Below are positions 25,189-34,067 of a DNA stretch of 35,167 bases, piece after piece. Position 1 is the first letter of the stretch. Every line of letters starts with the position of its first letter. The DNA lies in IMG/VR virus record IMGVR_UViG_3300040971_000358, positions 1-35,167 of that record; one strand, given 5' to 3'. The position numbers and the translations under genes were made by a program. The DNA is from a virus. Its lineage: Duplodnaviria > Caudoviricetes. The notes beneath the pieces are model-generated. The model did not search any database, was not told the DNA's origin, and saw only the letters and a program-made list of their open reading frames with translations.

Positions 25189-25326
25189 ATGAAGAAACAA
25201 TCACCCAACAACCATTTCAATTTTATAGTGGCCAAAAAGACATTATGCCGTGCATTGTTCGATTTTGATTGGCTGAATGCTTTTCGTATTGCCCGGATGA
25301 TCCTGACTGGGTCCAGCAATGTCTAA
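25189..25326 (+). CDS. 45-aa hypothetical protein (not in ORF track)
   Basis: SD GGGAGGT, MKKQSPNNHFNFIVAKKTLCRALFDFDWLNAFRIARMILTGSSNV. Stop overlaps the next start. Confidence 0.55.
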   Translation: MKKQSPNNHFNFIVAKKTLCRALFDFDWLNAFRIARMILTGSSNV

Positions 25327-25603
25327 GCATTCTACGGCAAGCGCTGAAACACTTGAATTGATCCACGCCTATTTCAAGCAGCTTGAATATTCACGCCAGA
25401 GACAACTGCAGCTGGTTGATCAAATCATCGGAGGTGAATCTGCTCTCGAAAAGAATCTTTCTTCTGAATTTTTACTTGAGGAATTTCTCAAAACACGTTT
25501 GATGCGCATGGTTGGATCTGTAATACCAAACTCTCCCAGATTGGTAGATCCATTCACCCTGCCAGACGAATTATTGGTATCGAAATTGGTGGAGGTCGGG
25601 TGA
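25319..25603 (+). CDS. Hypothetical protein
   Basis: Translationally coupled early ORF. Confidence 0.55.
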   Translation: MSKHSTASAETLELIHAYFKQLEYSRQRQLQLVDQIIGGESALEKNLSSEFLLEEFLKTRLMRMVGSVIPNSPRLVDPFTLPDELLVSKLVEVG

Positions 25604-25736
25604 TTGTCTCTGGACGGAATGGTGAGCGCCTCCTTCGCTTGCCGTTCTCCCGGGGATTTGCCACCCCAATCCTTTCTGACTGCCGGCCTGGTTCATTCTT
25701 ACCGATTGAAACAGGCCGGGCAGAGAAGAGGTAGAC

Positions 25737-26183
25737 ATGAGAAAGCCTTATCGTCAAAAACATAATGATTTTTCACAGATGAAATTAAATGTGGGCTTTT
25801 CTTTGGAAGAAAAGAAGAAGGGCATCACAGATGAGCTGATCAACGCCATCGTGATGATCGCCATGTTCCATGTGGGCAGAGAGAATGCCATCAGCCGCAC
25901 CAACCTGGTGCGCGAGATCCACGCCAAGGGATTCCACCAAGACGAGCGCACGATCAGGATAGCGATCAGTGAAATGCGCCGGCAGTTGGGCATCCCCATC
26001 GCTGGCACTGGTGGCAAGAACGGCGGCTATTGGCTGCTCAAAGACAAAGCAGAGTCTGATGCATATTGTGCCGTGCAACTGCATGACCCTGGTGTCAACC
26101 TGCTTGAACAGGAAAGCTCGGTTCAAAAGAATATTAACCGTTGGTATCCGAACGGGCAGCTCAGCCTGCCAGCTCAATTTTAG
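25737..26183 (+). CDS. Winged-HTH DNA-binding protein
   Basis: NAISRTNL..DERTIRIAISEMRR..GIPI....GGYWL. SD GAGGT. Confidence 0.7.
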   Translation: MRKPYRQKHNDFSQMKLNVGFSLEEKKKGITDELINAIVMIAMFHVGRENAISRTNLVREIHAKGFHQDERTIRIAISEMRRQLGIPIAGTGGKNGGYWLLKDKAESDAYCAVQLHDPGVNLLEQESSVQKNINRWYPNGQLSLPAQF

Positions 26184-26200
26184 TTACACAGGACTTGATC

Positions 26201-26446
26201 ATGATGAGACAAATTATTTCTTTGATTCACCTGGTAAAAGCCAGAGGCAAGCACATCTATCCATCAAGTATATACGTGCAGAAATCAGACGAATTACCGG
26301 TGATTGGTGAATCCGTGGTGGTCACATCAAAACTTAGTGGAAAGCAATTTGCCGGCACGGTGACCAGCGTTGATGAGAAAAAGCGAACCTATGGTGCCAC
26401 CGTGGATCTAGGAACAGAGATCAACACGGAAATGGTGCCTGTATGA
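26201..26446 (+). CDS. Hypothetical small beta-barrel protein
   Basis: ATG after AGGA; stop overlaps the rep start. Confidence 0.5.
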   Translation: MMRQIISLIHLVKARGKHIYPSSIYVQKSDELPVIGESVVVTSKLSGKQFAGTVTSVDEKKRTYGATVDLGTEINTEMVPV

Positions 26447-27330
26447 AGGGAAGAATGTTCTCGCCAGAGATCAGAAAAAGCAAGAATTTTGCGAAGCTGA
26501 ATTTTTATCAGCGCGATCTCTTTCACGGATTGATTGAGAGCTGCGCCGATGACCAAGGCAGAATGCTTGCAGATCCTCATGTTATCAAAGCAGCCGTGTG
26601 GACCTGGGATGACATCTCAATCGAACAGGTTCAATCAGATCTTGATGTCCTCGCCGGCGGGAAGTTCCCCTTCATCTTATTCTACGATGTTGACGAGGTC
26701 AGATATATCCAGGTGATCAAATGGTGGAAGTGGCAGCAAGGCATGAGCTATGCCTCACCGAGCCTGTACCCTGCCCCGGCTGGTTGGACTGACCGCATCA
26801 AGATCAACACTAAAGGAAACAAACCCATGATCATCAATTGGGATAAAACCGGAGGTTTCGCCAGCGAGAACAATATAGACGGTCAAGTACCTACTTTGGA
26901 ACCTACCCAAGACCCTACCTTAGACCCTGCCCCGGAAGGGACCAAAGTAAAAGATGTTAATAGTAATAAAAACAAAACAAATGAAAAGGTTAAAGAGAAT
27001 TTTAAAGATCAACAAATCAAATTTGAAAATAAGCCTGGCAGTGAACTCTCTCAATTTGAATCTGATCTGATGTTTTGGGATGAGGCCAAAGGTATTCTGC
27101 AGCGTGACATCAGCAAAGCTATGTTCGACACCTGGATTCAACCCCTGATATTCACCGGTCGCAGCGGAAACCAATTCAAAGTTCAGGCTTGTAATCAACA
27201 CGGCCGTGATTGGGTTCATGCAAGAGCCGGACCCATACTTGAGCGTATTTTGGCCGGGCTGGTCGGTGAACCGGTGGTGCTGGTGGTCAGAACGAAGTTT
27301 GAAGATTTGGCAAGAGAAAAAGCGAGGTAG
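26443..27330 (+). CDS. Phage replication initiator with C-terminal DnaA domain-I-like module
   Basis: N-terminal LIESCADDQGR..IQVIKWWKWQ (phage replisome-organiser type); C-terminal WDEAKGILQRDISKAMFDTWIQPL..NQHGRDWV. Confidence 0.8.
   Translation: MKGRMFSPEIRKSKNFAKLNFYQRDLFHGLIESCADDQGRMLADPHVIKAAVWTWDDISIEQVQSDLDVLAGGKFPFILFYDVDEVRYIQVIKWWKWQQGMSYASPSLYPAPAGWTDRIKINTKGNKPMIINWDKTGGFASENNIDGQVPTLEPTQDPTLDPAPEGTKVKDVNSNKNKTNEKVKENFKDQQIKFENKPGSELSQFESDLMFWDEAKGILQRDISKAMFDTWIQPLIFTGRSGNQFKVQACNQHGRDWVHARAGPILERILAGLVGEPVVLVVRTKFEDLAREKAR
26887..27030 (+). repeat. Probable phage origin: 12-bp iterons plus AT-rich tract inside rep
   Basis: GTACCTACTTTG GAACCTACCCAA GACCCTACCTTA GACCCTGCCCCG followed by an A-rich stretch, as in lambda ori within gene O. 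Confidence 0.6.
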
Positions 27331-27332
27331 GC

Positions 27333-27866
27333 ATGTCAGAGTGGAATGAAGCAAAACCAGAAGTGATCGAGATGGCACAAACCCTTATCGCTGAATATCA
27401 CAAAGAAATCAGACGGGCAAACATCGCCTTTGTGATGAAAAGTGATGACAAATTCAAATTGAAAAAACATCAAAAATGGGCAGTTGCCGCGAAGATCCCG
27501 GCCAAATATGATGCCTTTTTAGACTTTGACTTTTTGATCTGGATTCAGGAAGAAATCTGGAGACTACTCAATCCAGATCAGCGCCGTGCTCTTATTGACC
27601 ACGAACTCTCCCATTGTGGATTCGACGAGAATGATCAACCAGTCATCATTCCACATGACTTTGAAGAATTTTCGGCGATCATTGAACGCCATGGCCTTTG
27701 GCGCAAAAGCTTGAAAGAAATGGGCAAGGCAGCAAGCGAATATATCCAGGAAGAACTGAAAATGGCAGAAACAAAAATTGAGATCAGTTCATCAGTGATG
27801 CCCGGAAAAGTTGCCAGCCTTACCGGTGCTCAGCTTAACCAGATGGCCAACCCACTTGAACTCTAA
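27333..27866 (+). CDS. Putative phage metallopeptidase
   Basis: ALIDHELSH (HExxH) and PHDFEEF..IIERHGLW. Confidence 0.8.
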   Translation: MSEWNEAKPEVIEMAQTLIAEYHKEIRRANIAFVMKSDDKFKLKKHQKWAVAAKIPAKYDAFLDFDFLIWIQEEIWRLLNPDQRRALIDHELSHCGFDENDQPVIIPHDFEEFSAIIERHGLWRKSLKEMGKAASEYIQEELKMAETKIEISSSVMPGKVASLTGAQLNQMANPLEL

Positions 27867-27893
27867 GTATTTATCTTCAGAAAGGATAAATCA

Positions 27894-29400
27894 ATGACTG
27901 TAAATAATTTCAATCTCAAGGATGTACACCCGAATTCAAACCCGAAAGAGCGAAGACCCGGAACACATTAAGAATCTGGCCATGTCGATCGCTGAACGCG
28001 GTTTACTGCAGATCCCGAGTGCAAGGATAAAAGATCTCTCATCTGTGGAGCTGGTCTTTGGCCACTCACGTCTGGCTGCCTTTCAGTTTCTGACCGATGC
28101 CGGCAACAAAGGATTTGAAACTATCCCTCTCAACATCGTCGAGATGAACGACATTCAGATGTTCGAAGCTGCGGTGGCCGAAAACCTCGAGCGCAAGGAC
28201 CTTAACCCGATCGAAGAGGCCATGGCAATGCAGTCTTACATGATGGAATTTAGAAAAACCAGCGAAGAAGTTGGCCAACTCTTTCACCTGAGCGATTCTG
28301 CTGTGCGCGGCAAGCTGCGCTTATTGAAGCTGCCCCCAGAGATCAGAGATCTGGTTGGAGACAAGATTACCGAAGGCGGCGCCCGGGAGTTGGTGACCTT
28401 TTTCGATCTGCCGGCCGAGATCATCGAAGAGAAATCATGGAATTTTCGACATGGAATAGACAGCAGAAACTTGTCGCGTAAAGAAAAGTTCATAGAAATG
28501 GTGGACGCCGGCGCCAGTGCTGAGCTGATCAAAGAGGAACTTGACAACATCATTACGCGTGTCGGAAAAGACTTGTCAGATAAACCCTGGAAGCACACCG
28601 ACGAGCTGGTGGGCAAAGGGATCATTGGCCAATGCAAGGGCTGCCCGTTTCTACAGAAACGCGACAATAAAGAGTTATGCCTGAAGCAGGAATGCTACGA
28701 CACCAAGTTGAAAGCCTGGAAGCGGCAGTACCTTTCACAAGCAAGTTTGATCAGCGGCCTGCCTGTGCTTGAGGATGATCGATCTGGATATGATCAACAC
28801 ACCATATTCAGCGGCAAAGATGCCAAGCTGGAGAAGATCCGCGCCGGCAAGTGTGAGAACCTGCGATTGATGTTCAACCAATATTCTGACAAATTGACCA
28901 AACACCAGAGCATCGAAGGTTTTGAAAAAGCCCAGGTGGTGTGCTGCAAGGGCGAGCGATTTTGTAACTGCTTGAACGCACTTGAACAAAAAATAGATGT
29001 GAGCCAAAGTGCAGAACAGGCCGCCGAAGCACTCAAAGAACATAACCGGCTGGAACGCGCCCAAAAGAAGATCGACAAAGAAATTGTGGCCAACATGGCG
29101 GATGAAGCGGCAAAAATTATCTTCCGTGGTCTTCTGATGGATAAAGTAAAAACATGGAAAAAAATCCTCTCAAATATGTACTCCTGGGGACAGGTCGCCG
29201 AAGACATCAAAGACGCTGAATCAATGGATGACATCATGTGGAAAATGGCCGTAAAAAAGGCCAATCAAATCGTGTGGGATGGAATGACATCCAAGCAAGC
29301 ATCATCAAGTTTGAATAGTTTTTTGGAGGAATGCGAGCTTGAAAAATTGAACGTTCAGGTTGATCAGCCGGCGCCTGTGATGGAGGGTACTAATGCCTAA
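27894..29400 (+). CDS. ParB-like protein with Cys-rich C-terminus; apparent frameshift near codon 14
   Basis: LAMSIAERGLLQ, VFGHSRL, ENLERKDLNPIEEA, HTH. The SD-led ATG at 27894 is out of frame with the main ORF (27922-29400). Confidence 0.75.
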
Positions 29401-30283
29401 CACCCAGATGATCAACGTAAATCTGATCAGGCCCAACCCACAGCAGCCGCGCATGTTCTTTGACTTGGTAGAGCTGAAAGACCTTTCTCAATCCATCCGC
29501 GAGAACGGGTTGATCCAACCCATCACGGTTGAAGGACCAATCAAAGACGGCAAGAAACAAGAATTCTATACGCTAATCGCCGGTGAGCGCCGGCTTCGAG
29601 CCACCAAGCTGGCTAACATTCAAGAAATTGCATGCATCGTCAAAGAGCCTGAGGCTGACAACGGGCAACAAAACAGGGCACTGCTGGCACTGGTTGAGAA
29701 CCTTCAACGCTCAGACCTAGGGCCAATTGATGAAGCATTAGCTTTTCAAAAGCTGCATGACGATTATGGCATGTCTAACATATCGATTGCCTTGAAACTT
29801 GGGCTTTCTTCTGCAAAAGTGGCTACCCGGTTGAAACTTTTGAAGCTTGACAAACCCATTCAGAAAAGCATCAACGAGGGCAAATTGATCAAGGATGATC
29901 GTTTTGTGGATGCGCTGCTTGCCATCCCCGATGAAAAAGCCAGGATCAAGATAGCTTCAGATCTTGCCGAACGGCATGCCAATTTCAAGGTGGCCATGCA
30001 AGCCTGTGAGCGTTTGACCGAACACCTGGCTGAAGAAAAGATTCCTGAAACAGAAGTGCCGGCTACTCGCTGGGCAAGGATCAAAAAAGGCGAAGTCAAC
30101 CAGCCCATCTATGATGTTTTCACCGCTGCCGGCAAGGTACCACCCTGGCCGCTCGTTGAAGTGGTTGCGAGGGATGTTTGCCAGCGGTGTGAGCTGAGGG
30201 CTTATGCCTCAAAAACCACCTGCAACGGCTGCACACTGGTGGAGTTTCTGCAGGGGATGACCGGAAAGGTCAACCAGGGATAA
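29393..30283 (+). CDS. ParB/Spo0J-family protein
   Basis: IRPNPQQPR, SIRENGLIQPITV, LIAGERRLRA, ENLQRSDL. Confidence 0.9.
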   Translation: MPNTQMINVNLIRPNPQQPRMFFDLVELKDLSQSIRENGLIQPITVEGPIKDGKKQEFYTLIAGERRLRATKLANIQEIACIVKEPEADNGQQNRALLALVENLQRSDLGPIDEALAFQKLHDDYGMSNISIALKLGLSSAKVATRLKLLKLDKPIQKSINEGKLIKDDRFVDALLAIPDEKARIKIASDLAERHANFKVAMQACERLTEHLAEEKIPETEVPATRWARIKKGEVNQPIYDVFTAAGKVPPWPLVEVVARDVCQRCELRAYASKTTCNGCTLVEFLQGMTGKVNQG

Positions 30284-30286
30284 GCC

Positions 30287-31240
30287 ATGAACTTCATTAC
30301 TGCATTTGTTGACCAAGCAATGATCGCTAACGGCGCCGACCCGGCCGTGATCACTGCGCGTGGTGGATCTGTGAGAGGTGTCACGACCGCTGGCGAGAAT
30401 AGATCGATCATCATCAATTCACGCCAGCCACGATGGACTGATGAAGAAAATGAATTCATGGCCGCGAACCTTGGCAGGATGACAATGGCAGAGATCGGCG
30501 CTGCGCTCGGCCGAACAGAAAACGCGGTCAAAGTTCACCAGGTGCGATGTGGGTTCAAAGCCCCCACCCGCCAGCCGGGATGGCTGACCGCTCACCAGGT
30601 TTGCAATCTTCTTGGCGTGGATTCACATGTGATACCTGGATACATCCGCGACGGCATCATCCCAGGTGAATTTGTTGCCTTCAATAACCGCAGGGTTTTG
30701 CGAGTCAGATTCGAAGATCTGAAGTATTGGATCACGCGGCCGCAAAACTTCCCTTATATAAAAGTGGAACGCATGAAGCCAGGGTATCTTCGACGCCTGG
30801 TTGAAAAAGCTCATGCCAGGTGGGGCGACGAGTGGATCACCATGCGCCAGATGGCAGAAATGTATGACATTGAAGATGTGAAGTTGGTCACATGCCAGTT
30901 CATGAAAGGAAAGATGCCCGGGTTGCACATATTAAATATGAGCGGTCGAGACAACGGCGGCTGGGGTTATTGGTATGTGAGGCGCAGCCTGGCAGAAAAA
31001 TGGATCAGGCCAAGAGGGTCAGATCTGCGTGTGGATTGGGCGACGGCGGCAGCCAGGGACTTCATGCTCAGGATGAGCGCTCAGGGTTTCAACTCTGCCC
31101 AGATCGGCAAGATGATGAAACGGCCTCAAAAAACGGTCAACTATCTGATCAGAAAATTCAAGCTTGAGCTGCCTGAAGAACAACAAGTTGGAGCGTTTAA
31201 GGTGAAAACTCACCGCGGAAAGGGAAAAAAGAATGGCTAA
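30287..31240 (+). CDS. Multi-HTH DNA-binding protein
   Basis: RWTDEENEF..EIGAALGRTENAV, WLTAHQVCNLLGV (excisionase-like HTH), SAQIGKMMKRPQKTV. Confidence 0.65.
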   Translation: MNFITAFVDQAMIANGADPAVITARGGSVRGVTTAGENRSIIINSRQPRWTDEENEFMAANLGRMTMAEIGAALGRTENAVKVHQVRCGFKAPTRQPGWLTAHQVCNLLGVDSHVIPGYIRDGIIPGEFVAFNNRRVLRVRFEDLKYWITRPQNFPYIKVERMKPGYLRRLVEKAHARWGDEWITMRQMAEMYDIEDVKLVTCQFMKGKMPGLHILNMSGRDNGGWGYWYVRRSLAEKWIRPRGSDLRVDWATAAARDFMLRMSAQGFNSAQIGKMMKRPQKTVNYLIRKFKLELPEEQQVGAFKVKTHRGKGKKNG

Positions 31241-31445
31241 AACATTATTACCCAGGAATATCGCCGACGAATTCAAGCGTTTGGTGAAGATAGGAAAAGG
31301 AAAACCAGCGAAGATCGCGGCAGCCAGGCGCTGGGTGTATTCACGCACGATGGTAGAAATGACCTTTGCCTGGTGGAATGAGAACGCCGATACATGCAAC
31401 GCCGAGATGGATGCAATGATCGCTGAGGTACAGAATGCCAACTAA
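31233..31445 (+). CDS. Hypothetical protein
   Basis: Overlaps both neighbours. Confidence 0.55.
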   Translation: MAKTLLPRNIADEFKRLVKIGKGKPAKIAAARRWVYSRTMVEMTFAWWNENADTCNAEMDAMIAEVQNAN

Positions 31446-32430
31446 GATCGAATGGGCAAATGAAGTATGGAACCCTGTGGTGGGATGCACCCCGGCCAGT
31501 GCCGGCTGTGACCACTGTTATGCAAGAGCAATGTTCAATCGAAATCTTGTGATCCACACCCACAAGTTCGAGAACCCATCAACCTACCCCAACCGGTTGG
31601 ATATACCCTTCCACTGGAAGAATCCACGGCGGGTCTTCGTCAATTCGATGAGCGATCTTTTCCACCCGGATGTGCCCTTCTCATTCATCGATGATGTTTT
31701 CTCCGTGATGACCGGGAACAACAGGCACACATTCATGGTGTTGACCAAAAGACCAAAACGGATGATTGAATTCTTGAAGCAGCATTATCTTCCAGGTGCT
31801 AAGGCAGACAACATTTGGTTGGGAGTCTCTGTTGAAGATCAGGAAACAGCCGATCAAAGGATTCCCCAACTTCTTTTGGCAACTGTTGCTGCGGTCAGAT
31901 TTGTAAGCGTTGAACCGATGCTCGGGCCTGTGGAATTAAGAAAAATCAAAGGCGATTTTGTCAATTTTAATGTGTTAGATAAGAGTCGATTTGATTATGG
32001 TATTGATGGATTTGGTGTTGGTGCTCCAATGTCAATAGGAATTGATTGGGTGGTTTGTGGTGGAGAAACAGGTCCAAGGGCTAGACCGGTGCACCCAGAT
32101 TGGATTCGTTCGCTGCAAGATCAATGTGTCAAAGCCAACATTCCGTTCTTTTTCAAACAATGGGGAGAATGGCTACCTATTTCGGAGATGAAAGAATCAG
32201 AATGGGACAAGCTCTACAAACCTCAATCCAAAATATATCCAGAATCAAAACGCGATTGTAAGGTCAAGAACGTTGGCATTCGTTTCGATGGAGAGATAGA
32301 CAATTGGGAATCTATTGAGGGAAAACCAACCTTCCTTACATTCAAGATAGGCAAGAAAAAAGGTGGCCGAAAACTAGATGGCCGCGAATGGAATCAATTT
32401 CCGGAGGTGAAACAATGTATCAAAAACTAA
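31435..32430 (+). CDS. DUF5131 (phage Gp37/Gp68) family protein
   Basis: TKIEW..WNPVVGCTPASAGCDHCYA, VFVNSMSDLFH, LTKRP, NIWLGVSVE, FVSVEPMLG, DWVVCGGETG, PFFFKQWG. Confidence 0.92.
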   Translation: MPTKIEWANEVWNPVVGCTPASAGCDHCYARAMFNRNLVIHTHKFENPSTYPNRLDIPFHWKNPRRVFVNSMSDLFHPDVPFSFIDDVFSVMTGNNRHTFMVLTKRPKRMIEFLKQHYLPGAKADNIWLGVSVEDQETADQRIPQLLLATVAAVRFVSVEPMLGPVELRKIKGDFVNFNVLDKSRFDYGIDGFGVGAPMSIGIDWVVCGGETGPRARPVHPDWIRSLQDQCVKANIPFFFKQWGEWLPISEMKESEWDKLYKPQSKIYPESKRDCKVKNVGIRFDGEIDNWESIEGKPTFLTFKIGKKKGGRKLDGREWNQFPEVKQCIKN

Positions 32431-32819
32431 TGATTATCGGACGTCTGGGAAAAGACCCGGAAATGCGCTTCACCCCTAATGGCCAGGCAGTGACCAGCTT
32501 TTCGGTTGCCACTGATCGTCAATGGACTGGTGAAGGTGGCCAGCAAGAAAAAGAAACCGTCTGGTTCAGAGTATCAGCCTGGGGAAAACTAGCCGAAACC
32601 TGCAACAACTTCCTTCAAAAAGGCAAGATGGTGATGGTCGAAGGGCGGCTGCAGGTTGACCCCAAAACAGGTGGTCCGCGGATATGGGCTGGTGCTGATG
32701 GAACCGCACGCGCCACACTCGAAATGGTGGCTGCCACGGTCAAGTTCTTGAGTCCGCGTGATGGTGGATCTGTGGAGCAAGAGCCTGAACCCGGTATGGG
32801 CGAAGATATTCCGTTTTAG
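32415..32819 (+). CDS. ssb: Single-stranded DNA-binding protein
   Basis: IIGRLGKDPEMRFTPNG, WFRVSAWGKLAE, VEGRL, C-terminal EDIPF. SD GGAGGT. Confidence 0.95.
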   Translation: MYQKLMIIGRLGKDPEMRFTPNGQAVTSFSVATDRQWTGEGGQQEKETVWFRVSAWGKLAETCNNFLQKGKMVMVEGRLQVDPKTGGPRIWAGADGTARATLEMVAATVKFLSPRDGGSVEQEPEPGMGEDIPF

Positions 32820-32830
32820 TGGAGGGGGTT

Positions 32831-33010
32831 ATGTTCTTTATTGGTCTCGGTTTAGGGTTATTGGTTGGTTTATTGGTTGGGCTTTTTTCTCGTGGTCTTG
32901 GAAAGTTGGCCAAAGACGAGAGAGAAGAAATTAAAAAATATCTTGACAGCCTGCCGGCAGACGAACAGCTCAAGCACTGCGGCACGTGCGGTGCCAGATT
33001 AGAAGATTAA
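32831..33010 (+). CDS. Small membrane protein with C-terminal CxxC
   Basis: SD GGAGG, Gly/Leu-rich TM, CGTCG. Confidence 0.55.
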   Translation: MFFIGLGLGLLVGLLVGLFSRGLGKLAKDEREEIKKYLDSLPADEQLKHCGTCGARLED

Positions 33011-33021
33011 GGAAAAAGAAG

Positions 33022-33414
33022 ATGCCAAAAGTAATTACTGACTTGAAGTTGATCACTGACGAACTGGGAGTAAGCCAACTGGTTATGAAATCTGTTGACC
33101 TGCGCACCTTTGGCAGTCAGATGTTTGAAAATCCGATCACCGGTGAAGAATCTGACTGGCAAGCTGTTCCTGTAGAGGTTATTGAAATACCTTCCGAACC
33201 CATTCCAGGAGAGACCGAAGAACCAATAGTAGAACCTGCGGCCGAAGAAGCAGCAGTTGAAGAACTTGCAATAGAAGAACTATCAGTAGAAGAACCAACC
33301 ATTGTTGTGGTTTCTGATCTGAAAATAGAATCCACATTAGGGCCGATGACTGAGACATCCGTGGATGTTTCTGCAGAAACGGTTGATAAACCAATCAAAG
33401 ACACTGGCTGGTGA
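33022..33414 (+). CDS. Acidic hypothetical protein
   Basis: SD AAGGA; very Glu-rich C-terminal half. Confidence 0.55.
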   Translation: MPKVITDLKLITDELGVSQLVMKSVDLRTFGSQMFENPITGEESDWQAVPVEVIEIPSEPIPGETEEPIVEPAAEEAAVEELAIEELSVEEPTIVVVSDLKIESTLGPMTETSVDVSAETVDKPIKDTGW

Positions 33415-33418
33415 TCTG

Positions 33419-33622
33419 ATGTCAGAATTCAAAGTGTGTGGCATGAAGTCTTTTGTTAAATACACCTGGCCAGGCCAAAAAGAAACAACCGCCTGTTTGG
33501 TGCATGCCACGATGGTGGCTAAGCTGGCCAACGCGATGGGTTTCAAGGTGAACATGCTGCCGATATATGAAGTTGATCACCACGAAACATGCCAGCACGA
33601 AATTAATCCAGTAGAGAATTAA
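33419..33622 (+). CDS. Hypothetical protein
   Basis: Co-oriented, packed ORF with Cys/His residues. Confidence 0.5.
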   Translation: MSEFKVCGMKSFVKYTWPGQKETTACLVHATMVAKLANAMGFKVNMLPIYEVDHHETCQHEINPVEN

Positions 33623-33635
33623 TCGGAAAGCGAAG

Positions 33636-34067
33636 ATGCCACAATTGCGCAGATTTAAACCATACACCGGTCCGTCTTTCAGAAGAGCCCAGATCATCAG
33701 ACTTGGCCGACTTCTGGATATGGAATACAAGCCCAGCGAAATTGCCGACGAAATCGACATCGATGTGAGCGCGATTTATCAATCTTATCTACCCAACGGC
33801 TGCCCTCACCGACGCGACAAAAACAACCACATCTGGATCCACGGCACCAGTTTTGCTGGCTGGGTAAAAGAAATTGTTGAGCGCAATAAAAAGGTTCCGG
33901 GCTTTCCGCTGGGTGAAGATGAAGCCTGGTGTGTAAAGTGCTGCAAAGTGGTGACGATGTTGGATCCGCACGAACGGAAGATCAAGACAAATTTGAACAT
34001 GATTTATGGAAAGTGCTCGGTCTGCAGCGGCAAGGTTAATAGGCTAAAAAGCGGGAAGGTGAATTAA
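33636..34067 (+). CDS. HTH plus Zn-ribbon protein coupled to integrase
   Basis: YKPSEIADEIDIDVSAIYQSYL..GCPH..WI, then AWCVKC..GKCSVC. TAATG overlap with int. Confidence 0.65.
   Translation: MPQLRRFKPYTGPSFRRAQIIRLGRLLDMEYKPSEIADEIDIDVSAIYQSYLPNGCPHRRDKNNHIWIHGTSFAGWVKEIVERNKKVPGFPLGEDEAWCVKCCKVVTMLDPHERKIKTNLNMIYGKCSVCSGKVNRLKSGKVN

Noticed and set aside
24366-25200. ORF-track proteins across the RNA cluster (24366-24800, 24375-24674, 24475-24834, 24709-24960, 24880-25200)
   Set aside because: They lack convincing SDs or protein motifs and overlap clear tRNA/tRNA-like structures; probably shadow ORFs.
25600-25734. 44-aa GTG-start ORF after SD GGAGGT
   Set aside because: Possible but unsupported; the interval is better explained by three consecutive hairpins. 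Not excluded as a leader peptide.
33022-33414. Acidic protein as a DNA-mimic anti-defence factor
   Set aside because: The acidity lies in a low-complexity, probably disordered tract; composition alone is insufficient evidence.
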